From Candidatus Atabeyarchaeum deiterrae (GTDB lineage: Archaea > Asgardarchaeota > Atabeyarchaeia > Atabeyarchaeales > Atabeyarchaeaceae), in NCBI GenBank assembly GCA_037310415.1, contig CP147780.1, positions 128,001-192,000 of the forward strand: DNA of 64,000 bases, written 5' to 3'. The stretch's first letter is position 1; each line of letters opens with the position of its first letter. The notes below the pieces were generated by a model. It had not been told where the DNA came from. It ran no database searches and worked only from the letters and a program-made list of their open reading frames with translations. The position numbers were made by a program, and so were the translations under genes. Shown here in pieces: positions 28,490 to 37,951 of this stretch.

Positions 28490-28552
28490 TCACAACCTCC
28501 TTCTGGTGGCCTGTCGCTCTAATCCGTGATTCAAGTGAGATGAGCATTGTAG

Positions 28553-29533
28553 TCATCTCAGCAATTCCCGCAGGTATAACTTGTGTTTGCCGAGTTTGCC
28601 TCCATAGTTTCCAGCTGAGATTTGAATCACTCCATTCATGTCGAGAACTTTTTCAATGCCAGTCTTCATTGCCATCTTCACTGCATCCAGAGACACTCCA
28701 TCAATGACGATCTCAGGGATAGAATTCACCTCAGGTGGAACTTTGGATCGGTCTTTTAGTCTATCTCTCAAAGTTGGGCAGTACAGGTAGTTTGTGGGTG
28801 GACCTATCGGTGGATAGTCCTCGGTGGCTGACCCAGACGGGCAAGTGTAGAATGGCGTAACAACGCCTTCAACCTGTTTCAAGGCGTCGATCACTCTCCT
28901 CCCAGCTTTTCGTCCAGTTTCGATGCTGTCACAGAGCAACCATAGATTCCCGCCTGAAACACCGATACGACATTGAATGCGTCTGTCGATCTTAAAGTCG
29001 TACCCCATCATCAAAGGAACGTTAACTATATCCCTGTCGTCTTCCGCGGAGAACCATTCATAACCTCCACCGCACTTGCCGACTCGCTCTTCAGTGTCGA
29101 TCACCATGGTTTTCTCCGTTGTCTTGCCGTTTGGATAATCAAACCCGAATACCCTAGTTGTGCTTATAGAGAGAACGTCCTGCCTTATCCTGATTGACAA
29201 CTCTCTGTAGAACTGCTCTATTTGCTTCGCGATTCCATCTTTCTCGTCATACCTACCCCAGAGCTGGACTATAACTCCTTCACGTCCATCTGGAGTCTGT
29301 TTCTTTGCCAACCATTTCTCAATACCACCCTCAACCCTCCCGACAACTACAGATGGGGTTGCCGTACATCTATATGCCGCGAGTCTCAACTCATCATGCT
29401 CAATCTCGGGGCTAGTTCTATCGCTGGGTCTTATGCCCCTATCTCCTGTGATCAGTAGTCTTGTGTAAAGACCTGCAAAAGCTTCAGCATATGTGTCCTG
29501 AACCTTCTCGTAACCTCTCACCTTGTTGGACAT
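28553..29533 (-). CDS. Divergent formylmethanofuran:H4MPT formyltransferase (Ftr-like); candidate GAR formyltransferase
   Basis: DTYAEAF, TPDGR, GVSGGN, TNxxYCPTL, EIVIDG, SAGNYGGKLG; ATG 29533 after GGAGAGG; directly downstream of purD. Confidence 0.9.
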   Translation of the reverse strand: MSNKVRGYEKVQDTYAEAFAGLYTRLLITGDRGIRPSDRTSPEIEHDELRLAAYRCTATPSVVVGRVEGGIEKWLAKKQTPDGREGVIVQLWGRYDEKDGIAKQIEQFYRELSIRIRQDVLSISTTRVFGFDYPNGKTTEKTMVIDTEERVGKCGGGYEWFSAEDDRDIVNVPLMMGYDFKIDRRIQCRIGVSGGNLWLLCDSIETGRKAGRRVIDALKQVEGVVTPFYTCPSGSATEDYPPIGPPTNYLYCPTLRDRLKDRSKVPPEVNSIPEIVIDGVSLDAVKMAMKTGIEKVLDMNGVIQISAGNYGGKLGKHKLYLRELLR

Positions 29534-29630
29534 TGAAACAGGTCCTCTCCTTTTCGGTTTGTCAGTCCGTCGTGCAAGCAAGCACTGACCAGTTTGGAGT
29601 TGGCAAGAGCACGGAAGTCAACTGACAGGT

Positions 29631-31028
29631 TCATTCTGACTTCGGTATCGTCTTCCACCTGGATTGAGTTCTCCTGATCATCTCTGCAGTGTTTCTCCCT
29701 ATGTCACTCCTGTGGCTTAGCGGACCTTTGACGAGTCCGGTGGCTTCCTCTGCTATTCTCTCAGCTTCTTCAAGAGAATCTGACACCCCTAACAATGCAA
29801 TAGCTCTTGATTTAGTCGTAAAGATTCTCCCTTCAATCGTGTTGACGCTCGCCCAATAGTATCTAGCACCGACATTTTTGAGTCGCGCTTCGTCAACCTC
29901 GACTTGTTCCTTATCCCTTGGATTTTCCGGGTATCCCTCTGGCACTAGGTATTTGCAGACAGTTGCCTCGCGGCTGAACTTCACTTTCTTGGCGCTAAGT
30001 GTTTCATCGAATATGCTCCAGTATATTTCCACGGGATCATCATTGTCTAACAAAGGGAGTACGTTGATCGCCTCAGAGTCACCTAGTCGAACATTTGCTT
30101 CTGTCATTATCGTCGATAATTTGCCACTTACTGGGCTTATACCTTTCATCATCTGCGCATAAAGGAACCCATGATATCGTTCTCCAGTATCCTTGACCAG
30201 AGCTGAAGTGATATTGCGAACCATTTGAGCAGTATCTTCATAGTCTTTTCTAGTGATGAATGGCATCAAGTGGTCACTTTGACTGTAGCTTCCCATGCCT
30301 CCAGTATTTGGTCCTTTGTCATCTTCAAAGGCGCGCTTGTAGTCTTGAACGCAAGGGGTGAGGATGACACTCTTGCCATCGGTGAATGTCTGAATAGTTA
30401 CTTCAAGTGGATGGAGCATTTTCTCTTCGACTACGACGGACTGGATCCCTCCGGGTTTCTCCTTGAGGATTGATTCGATGTATGCATTCGTTTCCCGAGA
30501 ATCTTTTAGATGTTCGCCTGTAAGCTTCACACCTTTTCCACCTGTAAGCCCTCCTGGCTTTATCGCAAGGGGGATACCCTTCCTCATCATATCATCCACG
30601 TATTTTGAAGCGTCCGACAGATTTGAGAATGAATTGAATTCTGGATAGTAATGTATATTGTATTTCTTCATTAGGTTTCTGCAAAAGCCCTTGTCCCCTT
30701 CTATCATCGCACACGCTTTGACTGGTCCAACGCAGGCGATCTTCTTGTCTCTCAGCGCATCTGCGACGCCTGAAACCAGCGGGTCTTCAGGCCCCACGAC
30801 TGTTAAGTCGATCCGATTCTCTGTGGCGAACTCAGCAACCAGCCTGGGATTACTTGTAACTCCCTTCGCATCAACCTTGTAGTTCGCCTTGTCGCGGCAT
30901 AGTTTCACAATACTTGGGTTCAATCTATCTGACAGTACGTACAACATAGATGAAGGGCTCTTGCTGACACTTTCTGCAATTGCAGCCTCTCTTCCTCCTG
31001 ATCCTAACAACAGAACCTTTGTTGTCAC
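29631..31028 (-). CDS. purD: Phosphoribosylamine-glycine ligase
   Basis: GSGGRE, VGPEDPL, GGKGV, QDYKR, GPNTGGMGSY, R.GD.E, HRSDIG. Confidence 0.95.
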   Translation of the reverse strand: MTTKVLLLGSGGREAAIAESVSKSPSSMLYVLSDRLNPSIVKLCRDKANYKVDAKGVTSNPRLVAEFATENRIDLTVVGPEDPLVSGVADALRDKKIACVGPVKACAMIEGDKGFCRNLMKKYNIHYYPEFNSFSNLSDASKYVDDMMRKGIPLAIKPGGLTGGKGVKLTGEHLKDSRETNAYIESILKEKPGGIQSVVVEEKMLHPLEVTIQTFTDGKSVILTPCVQDYKRAFEDDKGPNTGGMGSYSQSDHLMPFITRKDYEDTAQMVRNITSALVKDTGERYHGFLYAQMMKGISPVSGKLSTIMTEANVRLGDSEAINVLPLLDNDDPVEIYWSIFDETLSAKKVKFSREATVCKYLVPEGYPENPRDKEQVEVDEARLKNVGARYYWASVNTIEGRIFTTKSRAIALLGVSDSLEEAERIAEEATGLVKGPLSHRSDIGRNTAEMIRRTQSRWKTIPKSE

Positions 31029-31130
31029 ACTCCCTCTCCCTCAAGTTGCCCGTCTTGGTACGAGCGATTAGTTTGTCATTTCTTATTACTCAATGATTAC
31101 ATGACTTCTGGTTCTGGCTGCTGATTGTAT

Positions 31131-32570
31131 CTACTGCGTTCTGCCTCCGAGTGTTGCCTCGAGCAACTCTAGCTGCGGAGGGGCATTCAATGGATATTCA
31201 CCAGTTAGACAGGCCATGCATATCTGGTTGTGCGGCATGCCCATGCTCCTAACGAGTCCGTCTGTATTCATGTATCCCAAGGTGTCTGCTCCAACCTCTC
31301 TCCTGATCTCATCGACTGTTCTAGTGGAAGCGATTAGCTCTCGTCTTGTTGGAAAGTCAATTCCCATGTAGCATGATGCGATGATTGGGGGACAACTAAT
31401 TCTCAGGTGTACTCGTCGCGCTCCGCCGACGGTCTTTAGCAAGTTGACTATGAACTTGGAGGTCGTCGATCTCACTATGCTATCGTCTATTACCACAATT
31501 TCTTTTCCTTCGGTCACAGATCGGATCGGGTTAAGCTTCAGCCTCACCAGAAGCTCACGATCCTCGGCCTTTGGTGTAATGAAGATGCGTCCAACATATC
31601 TGTTCTTCATTAATCCTTCTGCCAATGGTATTCCCGACTCTTCAGAGAAACCAGCTGCAGCTGCTCTGCCTGAGTCCGGAACTGGAATGACGTAATCAGC
31701 CTTAACTGGGTGAAGCTTCCAAAGATACCGACCCAGTCTCTTCCTGACTTCCCAGACGGATTTGCCGTCGATGAATGAATCCGGACGGCTGAAGTATACA
31801 AACTCGAACATACACAGAGCTTTCCGCTGAACATTCACTGCACGTTCTCTCTCGAACCCAGTCTCATCCACTTTTATAATTTCCCCAGGGTGAACGGCGC
31901 TTATCACCTTTCCGCCCACAGCTTCGACAGCAGGCGTTTCTGAGGCAATTACGTGAGCGTACTTGTTTATCGATCCTATGCATAGTGGTTTAAATCCTCG
32001 TGGATCTCTCATTGCATAAAGTTCGCCTTTGTTGTTAAGGAGAACCATTGAGTATGATCCATCGAGGATATTCATGCTTTCTTTGAGCGCTTCAATGTAG
32101 CTGGCAGTCTGTTTTGTATTTGAAGCAATCAATCGAGCGAGAACTTCCGTATCTGTGTCTGTTGCGAAGGTTTCACCCTTCGCCTTGAGTGATTCTCTGA
32201 TTTGCAGGTAGTTGGTTATCGTTCCATTGAATGCCAACGCAAAGTTGGCGTTGGGAGACTTCAGAAAGAAGGGTTGAGCATTAGCGATATTGCTTTCTGA
32301 CGTGGTACTATATCTAACATGACCTATTGACACATTGCCAGATAATGCGTTGAGTATGCTCTTATTGAATACCTGTGTGACCAAACCCATACCCTTATGA
32401 CCCGTCAACTGACCTTGTGAACCATCTTTGAATATGTATATGCCAGCGCTTTCCTGACCGCGGTGCTGCAGAGATACGAGTCCATTATAGGTGTGGTGGG
32501 GAACTTCTTCAGGATACTTCCTAGAGTAGATGCCGAATACCCCACAAGATTCTCTTAGACCGCCACTCAC
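31131..32570 (-). CDS. purF: Amidophosphoribosyltransferase
   Basis: ESCGVFG, QHRGQESAG, GHVRYST, PVPDSG, VIDDSIVR and Fe-S cysteines. Confidence 0.97.
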   Translation of the reverse strand: MSGGLRESCGVFGIYSRKYPEEVPHHTYNGLVSLQHRGQESAGIYIFKDGSQGQLTGHKGMGLVTQVFNKSILNALSGNVSIGHVRYSTTSESNIANAQPFFLKSPNANFALAFNGTITNYLQIRESLKAKGETFATDTDTEVLARLIASNTKQTASYIEALKESMNILDGSYSMVLLNNKGELYAMRDPRGFKPLCIGSINKYAHVIASETPAVEAVGGKVISAVHPGEIIKVDETGFERERAVNVQRKALCMFEFVYFSRPDSFIDGKSVWEVRKRLGRYLWKLHPVKADYVIPVPDSGRAAAAGFSEESGIPLAEGLMKNRYVGRIFITPKAEDRELLVRLKLNPIRSVTEGKEIVVIDDSIVRSTTSKFIVNLLKTVGGARRVHLRISCPPIIASCYMGIDFPTRRELIASTRTVDEIRREVGADTLGYMNTDGLVRSMGMPHNQICMACLTGEYPLNAPPQLELLEATLGGRTQ

Positions 32571-32574
32571 CCTT

Positions 32575-34800
32575 CTAGCAACCTCCCATGGATCTCGGTA
32601 TGGAGTCAGACCATGCTTTGCGCATGATTTCGACAGCGCTATTCAGCACCCTTTTACCGCCTTCTAACATCGCCAATTCTCCCGTATCGGTCACTCTTCC
32701 AATCTCAGCCACTTTCGCTCCAATTCTAGATGCCAAAGAAAGGAACTCATCAAGATTCTTTCTTGAGACAGTCATTATGAACCTTGAGTTACTTTCAGAG
32801 AATAGCAGCTCATCGATCCTCATTCTATCCCTCGGAATATGTGCCAAGTCTATCTCAGCACCCAATCCACTCAGGATGCACATTTCAGCAATTGCGACAG
32901 CTAGTCCGCCGTCAGAACAGTCATGAACGGTCTCAGTGAGACCTCTACTGATTGACTTGTATGCTAATGTGATTGACCGCTTTTCCTCAGATCCGGCGAA
33001 TCTTGGGGGCTGTCCTTCCTGCACATTGTGTATGTAGTTATAGTATTCTGAACCACCTAATTCGCATCTTGTTTTACCCACAATGTAAATTGACTCACCA
33101 TGCTCCTTCCATGGAATGGTAGCCAAGTGATTCATATCTTCGATCAAGCCGAGTACTGCGACAACGGGGCTAGGCTTGATTGCCTTCCCAGTTGTTGAGT
33201 CCTCGTTGTAGAAACTGACTTTCCCACCGATGCATGGCACATCTAGCGCTCTACATGCGTCAGCCATTCCTTTTACTGCTTCTCGGAACTGCCAGAAGAT
33301 GTCAGGTTTTTCGGGGTTTCCAAAGTTGCAGTGATCAACCATTGCTATCGGCTGGGCCCCAACGGCGGCCACGTTGCGACATGCCTCAGCAAGCGCGCTT
33401 GCGCCGCCATGATATGGATCCAAGTAAGTGCGTCTGGAATTGCCATCGACCTTGACAGCAAGCGCCTTGTCGGTCCCGATCAGACGAAGAACTGCGGCGT
33501 CACCATCATTCGGCTTCAGAACAGTTCTGACACCAACTTCAAAATCATATTGCCTAAAGATCCATTCCTTGCTGGCAATGTTCGGTGAAGAAAGAAGTTT
33601 AACCAATGTCTCGGAAAGATCTGATGGGATTTCTGGTTTCTTGTTTTTTCTTGCTCCTGCAAGGTAGTTCGGCTTCTTTGCTTCTCTTCTAGCAACCGGA
33701 ACTTTGGTGATCATTCTCGCTGGTATGTCTGCAACAACGTTTTCGCCATATCTCACTACGACATTGCCTGTATCAGTCACTCTGCCAATCATGGAGTAAG
33801 GTAGTTCATACTTGTCGAGTATTTCGAGGACTTTGCCTAGTCCGGACGGTTCCACGACCAACAGCATTCTTTCTTGCGATTCTGATAGCATTATTTCATA
33901 CGGAGTCATCCCATTTTCTCTTAGCCGCACCTTTGATATGTCTACATCCATTCCTGTCTCTCCGTCAGATGCCATCTCACAGACGCCACATGTCAAACCT
34001 CCTCCACCCAGATCTTTGAGTCCACGAACAAGATCTGTTTCGATCGCTGCCAATGTTGCTTCAATTATGATGTTCTTAAGAAATGGGTCACCAACCTGCA
34101 CCGCTGGTCTATCAGCATCTGATTCTCCACCCAGAATTCTAGAAGCAAACGTGACTCCATGCAAACCATCACGCCCTGTAGAGCCTCCTGCTAGTACAAC
34201 AATGTCTCTGGGATACTTGGCTCCGCCGGCTATGATTCTTTCGCGCTTGGCTATTCCCACACATCCGACTCCTACCAAGCAATTCATTTCAAATGATGGA
34301 TCAAATTCGATTTCCCCTGTAACTGTCGGAACGCCGACACTATTGCCATAGTCTGCAATACCTTTCACAACGTAGTTAAGAAGCCACCTTGATCTCCCAC
34401 TTGTAAGGTAACCAAAGCGAAGTGGGTCCACAAGGGCTATTGGTCTTGTGCCCATGCTTAGAACGTCTCTAAGAACGCCACCTATTCCCGTTCCTGATCC
34501 ATTGTACGGATCGATGGCGCTCGGATGATTGTGAGATTCGATTTTGAGAGTTGCAGCAAGTCCGTCACCTATGTCAACTACACCTGCATCGTACCCTGGG
34601 CCAATAATCACGCGGGGACCAGTCGTAGGAAGAAGTTTGATTATTGGGCGAGACGACTTGTAGCATATGTGCTCGGAGAACATCGTGTCAAACATGCCCC
34701 ATTCCACTTCATTTGGCTCTCGACCCAATGCGCCCCTAATGAACCTGATTTCCTCCTCAGTTAAGTCAACTTTGACTGGGATTGGGGCAGACACGTTCAC
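32575..34800 (-). CDS. purL: FGAM synthase large subunit PurL
   Basis: SEHICYKSS, IESHNHPS, DLGGGG, SESQERM, GGKVSFYN, HDCSDGG. Confidence 0.97.
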   Translation of the reverse strand: MNVSAPIPVKVDLTEEEIRFIRGALGREPNEVEWGMFDTMFSEHICYKSSRPIIKLLPTTGPRVIIGPGYDAGVVDIGDGLAATLKIESHNHPSAIDPYNGSGTGIGGVLRDVLSMGTRPIALVDPLRFGYLTSGRSRWLLNYVVKGIADYGNSVGVPTVTGEIEFDPSFEMNCLVGVGCVGIAKRERIIAGGAKYPRDIVVLAGGSTGRDGLHGVTFASRILGGESDADRPAVQVGDPFLKNIIIEATLAAIETDLVRGLKDLGGGGLTCGVCEMASDGETGMDVDISKVRLRENGMTPYEIMLSESQERMLLVVEPSGLGKVLEILDKYELPYSMIGRVTDTGNVVVRYGENVVADIPARMITKVPVARREAKKPNYLAGARKNKKPEIPSDLSETLVKLLSSPNIASKEWIFRQYDFEVGVRTVLKPNDGDAAVLRLIGTDKALAVKVDGNSRRTYLDPYHGGASALAEACRNVAAVGAQPIAMVDHCNFGNPEKPDIFWQFREAVKGMADACRALDVPCIGGKVSFYNEDSTTGKAIKPSPVVAVLGLIEDMNHLATIPWKEHGESIYIVGKTRCELGGSEYYNYIHNVQEGQPPRFAGSEEKRSITLAYKSISRGLTETVHDCSDGGLAVAIAEMCILSGLGAEIDLAHIPRDRMRIDELLFSESNSRFIMTVSRKNLDEFLSLASRIGAKVAEIGRVTDTGELAMLEGGKRVLNSAVEIMRKAWSDSIPRSMGGC

Positions 34801-35507
34801 TGTGCACCTCCCGCGTAGTCTATCACCGAACGGAGTATTGACAACCCTCCCTCAGTCTTATCAGGGCTGAGGATTGCTTCAGATGATCTTTCAGGATGAG
34901 GCATTAGACCAGCAACGTTGCCCTCTGAATTGCAGACACCAGCGATATTGTCAAGAGAGCCATTCGGGTTAGACGCCTCAGTAAGCTCCCCTGATGTGTC
35001 AGTGTATCTAAACACGATCTGGTTATTCTTCTTCAACTCATCCAGTGTTTCTTCGTCTGTGAAGTATCTGCCTTCTCCGTGCGCAATCGGTAATGAGAAA
35101 ATGGCTCCCTTCGTCAAGCCTCGCGTGAAAGGCGACTTATTGTTTTCAACACGCAGATGTATCCATTTGCAGACAAAAGTGAGACAGGAATTCCTGAGTA
35201 ATGCGCCAGGAAGGAGACCAGCTTCAACGAGGATTTGAAAACCATTGCATATCCCGAGAACAGGTTTGCCAGCTTCAGCCATCTTCTTAACGTTCTTCAT
35301 AGCAGGGCTATAAGCTGCTATGATTCCAGCACGCAAGTAATCGCCATAAGCAAAACCGCCAGGCAGAACTGCGACATCATAATCATCGTCATCAAACTCT
35401 TTGTGCCAAATCAGTTTGGCATCGACTCTCAAAACGTCCTTGAATACGTGAAGTGTATCGTAACGACAATTTGAACCCGGGAAGTCTATGATAGCAACTT
35501 TGAGCAT
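34797..35507 (-). CDS. purQ: FGAM synthase glutaminase subunit PurQ
   Basis: FPGSNC, GGFAYGD, GICNGFQ, MPHPER; 4-nt overlap with purL. Confidence 0.97.
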   Translation of the reverse strand: MLKVAIIDFPGSNCRYDTLHVFKDVLRVDAKLIWHKEFDDDDYDVAVLPGGFAYGDYLRAGIIAAYSPAMKNVKKMAEAGKPVLGICNGFQILVEAGLLPGALLRNSCLTFVCKWIHLRVENNKSPFTRGLTKGAIFSLPIAHGEGRYFTDEETLDELKKNNQIVFRYTDTSGELTEASNPNGSLDNIAGVCNSEGNVAGLMPHPERSSEAILSPDKTEGGLSILRSVIDYAGGAQ

Positions 35508-35599
35508 TGATACTCCCCAACGCCTCTTATTGCAGATACACATTCAGAAGCGCTCAAGACAAGGGAATGCATATGCCAACCACCCGCAGATCTTTTCAC

Positions 35600-35860
35600 T
35601 CACACTCCCTTAACAGTTATCGAGTACGTGTGTGCTACAGGGTTGTATATTCTCAGCTCATTGACCATTTTGAAAATAGCTCTCTTCGCCTCCTCCTCAG
35701 ATGAAGCTTCCACTTTGGCCCTGAGAAGTTTGGCTGATCTAATAGATTTGACAATGTCAAATCCGCCCTTGTTCACAAGATCTCTGAGCACAGTCTCTCC
35801 TTCTGGATCCCTCGCAGCAGGCTTGTTCTCAATAGTTATTTCGACAGTGAATAGAGTCAT
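35600..35860 (-). CDS. purS: FGAM synthase subunit PurS
   Basis: DPEGET and IYNPV; GGAGG RBS. Confidence 0.93.
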   Translation of the reverse strand: MTLFTVEITIENKPAARDPEGETVLRDLVNKGGFDIVKSIRSAKLLRAKVEASSEEEAKRAIFKMVNELRIYNPVAHTYSITVKGV

Positions 35861-36302
35861 ATTTACTCTGCCTCCTGTAGCTCATGATTGAGTGAAGCGC
35901 GTATCAGCACATTTCTACCTATTCCTCAATCAAGTCAGGCACATCTTGCGGCAAAAGTAAGCACTGGATCGCTCTGTTGCCTCGCCCATCGCATAGGGAC
36001 TTGTAATAGAGTCTGCATGGAGCCGGTCCAATTCAGCATTGATGTTATTGCTAGCCAAGATAGGTCGATTGCCAACTTTGTTGTCCTTTCAGGTGACTAT
36101 AGGTGTGACATGCCCTTTTCCTCAGCAATCATTGAGAAGAAAAACCTTTCATATAAGGTATTCTATTCTCTGTGGGCGATATACAAAATCGTGTCCATTT
36201 CGAGCCATTTTTCCGAACTGGGAAACGAAAATAGACGGCAATTTGTATAATACCACTGGGTCCAAGAAGAAACTCAACAATGCTTGCAGTCTACTGAGTT
36301 CT

Positions 36303-37202
36303 TCAGTGACCAAACCTCTGAAGCAACTGGTTGGGCGAGATAGCGTTCTTGGTTAGCCCAAGTTCTTCCTTGCTGAGTCCCATTGTTAACCCAAGCAGTT
36401 GAGTATAGTAGAATACTGGGATGTTGATGTCCTCGGCAAACTGCTTCTTTATGTCAAGTTGACCTCCTTCAAGTTGCATATGACAGAACGGGCAGCAATC
36501 GACTATGCAGTCGGCGCCTGCGGCCTTGATGTTGTTCAGTTTCTCCCGTATCATGTCTATCGCAACTGGCAGATTTGACGAGCGGACACCACCGCCTGCC
36601 CCACAACACATCATCTTGTCTTTGTAGTCCACACTCTTTGCCCCAGTCATTTCCACAAGGTCGTCAAGGAATCTTGGATTCTCAAATACGCCCCATCGCC
36701 TAATGTCACTAGGTTTGACAATGTGACAGCCATAGTGCACTGATGCATGCACTGGAATAGGATTCTCAACGAATTGACTGAGCTTATTAATTCCTATGTC
36801 AACATAAAGTGCCTCGATAAGGTGCTTGACATCGACCGTTCCTCTGTACTCCCTTACCCCAGCTTCTTTGAGTATCTTATTCACCCATTCTCTCGTTGCC
36901 TCATTATGTTTCAAAGTCTCATTGGCTTCTCTCAATGTACCGTAGCAACCATTGCACCCCGTGACTATGTCGCGCCCCATCTCTTCGGCAATTGTTATGT
37001 TTCTGGCGCCTGCAGCCAACCAGAATTTGTTGCTGAAGGATCTAATAGCGCCTGGGGCTGGACAACATGAAGCGCCCTTCATGTCAAGAAGTTCCACTCC
37101 GAGATTCGACATCACATTTCTGATTGATACTTCGATGTTTGGATACCTATCGGGTATCATGCAACCAAGAAATAGTGCGTACGTTGGATTCGAGTCACCC
37201 AT
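36303..37202 (-). CDS. hdrB: Heterodisulfide reductase subunit B
   Basis: FLGC, SCCPAPG, CNGC, HYGCH, CCGAGGG, CPFC. Confidence 0.95.
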   Translation of the reverse strand: MGDSNPTYALFLGCMIPDRYPNIEVSIRNVMSNLGVELLDMKGASCCPAPGAIRSFSNKFWLAAGARNITIAEEMGRDIVTGCNGCYGTLREANETLKHNEATREWVNKILKEAGVREYRGTVDVKHLIEALYVDIGINKLSQFVENPIPVHASVHYGCHIVKPSDIRRWGVFENPRFLDDLVEMTGAKSVDYKDKMMCCGAGGGVRSSNLPVAIDMIREKLNNIKAAGADCIVDCCPFCHMQLEGGQLDIKKQFAEDINIPVFYYTQLLGLTMGLSKEELGLTKNAISPNQLLQRFGH

Positions 37203-37209
37203 TCGAGGC

Positions 37210-37758
37210 TCACTTCCATTCGTATCCTACCAGTTTGTCAAAGTTGGTGAGTTTAGCTATTGCTCGAACTTGCTTCAGAGCTTCATCGGAACTAGCTACT
37301 GTAGGGGGTTTCTCAGGTAATCCTAAACTCTTTCTCAGGGCACCCCATTTGGGGTCGTCAATAGGTACGGCGTGACCGTACTCGATGAGTTTGTGAGCAG
37401 TGGCTCTGTGAGCTGGAAGAATATGCCCTGCCTCACATGCCATGTTACGGATTTCGATTATTGCGTTGACTGTCTCAATCTTGCGTGGACAACGTTCATA
37501 ACAAGTGTAACAAGTAGTGCAGAGCCATATATTCGGATCAGCTAGAAGCTCATCTTTAAGCCCTAAAAGAGCCGAACGTATTATCTGTCGGGTTCTGTAG
37601 GCTGTTCTTCTTCCTGAAGGACATGAAGCTGTACAGGTTCCACACTGGATGCATGCCTTGAGATGCTCAGCACCAGCATCTATTATGCGATTGATGAATT
37701 CCTGGTCAACTTGAGATGGCCTGATGGTTTTCCGTTCAATAACGGTATCGGTCGACAT
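37210..37758 (-). CDS. hdrC: Heterodisulfide reductase subunit C
   Basis: CIQCGTCTASCP, WLCTTCYTCYERCPR, GHAVP. Confidence 0.95.
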   Translation of the reverse strand: MSTDTVIERKTIRPSQVDQEFINRIIDAGAEHLKACIQCGTCTASCPSGRRTAYRTRQIIRSALLGLKDELLADPNIWLCTTCYTCYERCPRKIETVNAIIEIRNMACEAGHILPAHRATAHKLIEYGHAVPIDDPKWGALRKSLGLPEKPPTVASSDEALKQVRAIAKLTNFDKLVGYEWK

Positions 37759-37800
37759 TTCTCTCACTCTCCACAATCAGTCACACTAACGTACAGATTC

Positions 37801-37825
37801 TCAAATTGTAGGTCGTACAATTTGA
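37801..37825. promoter_or_regulatory. Perfect 10-5-10 inverted repeat upstream of hdrC
   Basis: TCAAATTGTA-ggtcg-TACAATTTGA between a minus-strand TATA (GGTTTATATA, 37871-37880) and the hdrC start. Confidence 0.55.
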
Positions 37826-37951
37826 TGTAACAATCACGTCCTACAGCTAGTCTCACTACTTTGATGGGTGTATATAAACCTTAGTCACTTGATTCTCAGA
37901 GTTGACTCGCTTTTATATCTTCGAGCAGAAGCCAGCGCTGAAAACCTGACT

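Noticed and set aside
35888-36356. Plus-strand ORFs of 120 and 105 aa between purS and hdrB
   Set aside because: No RBS or motif, opposite to all flanking genes, and overlapping the presumed pur leader
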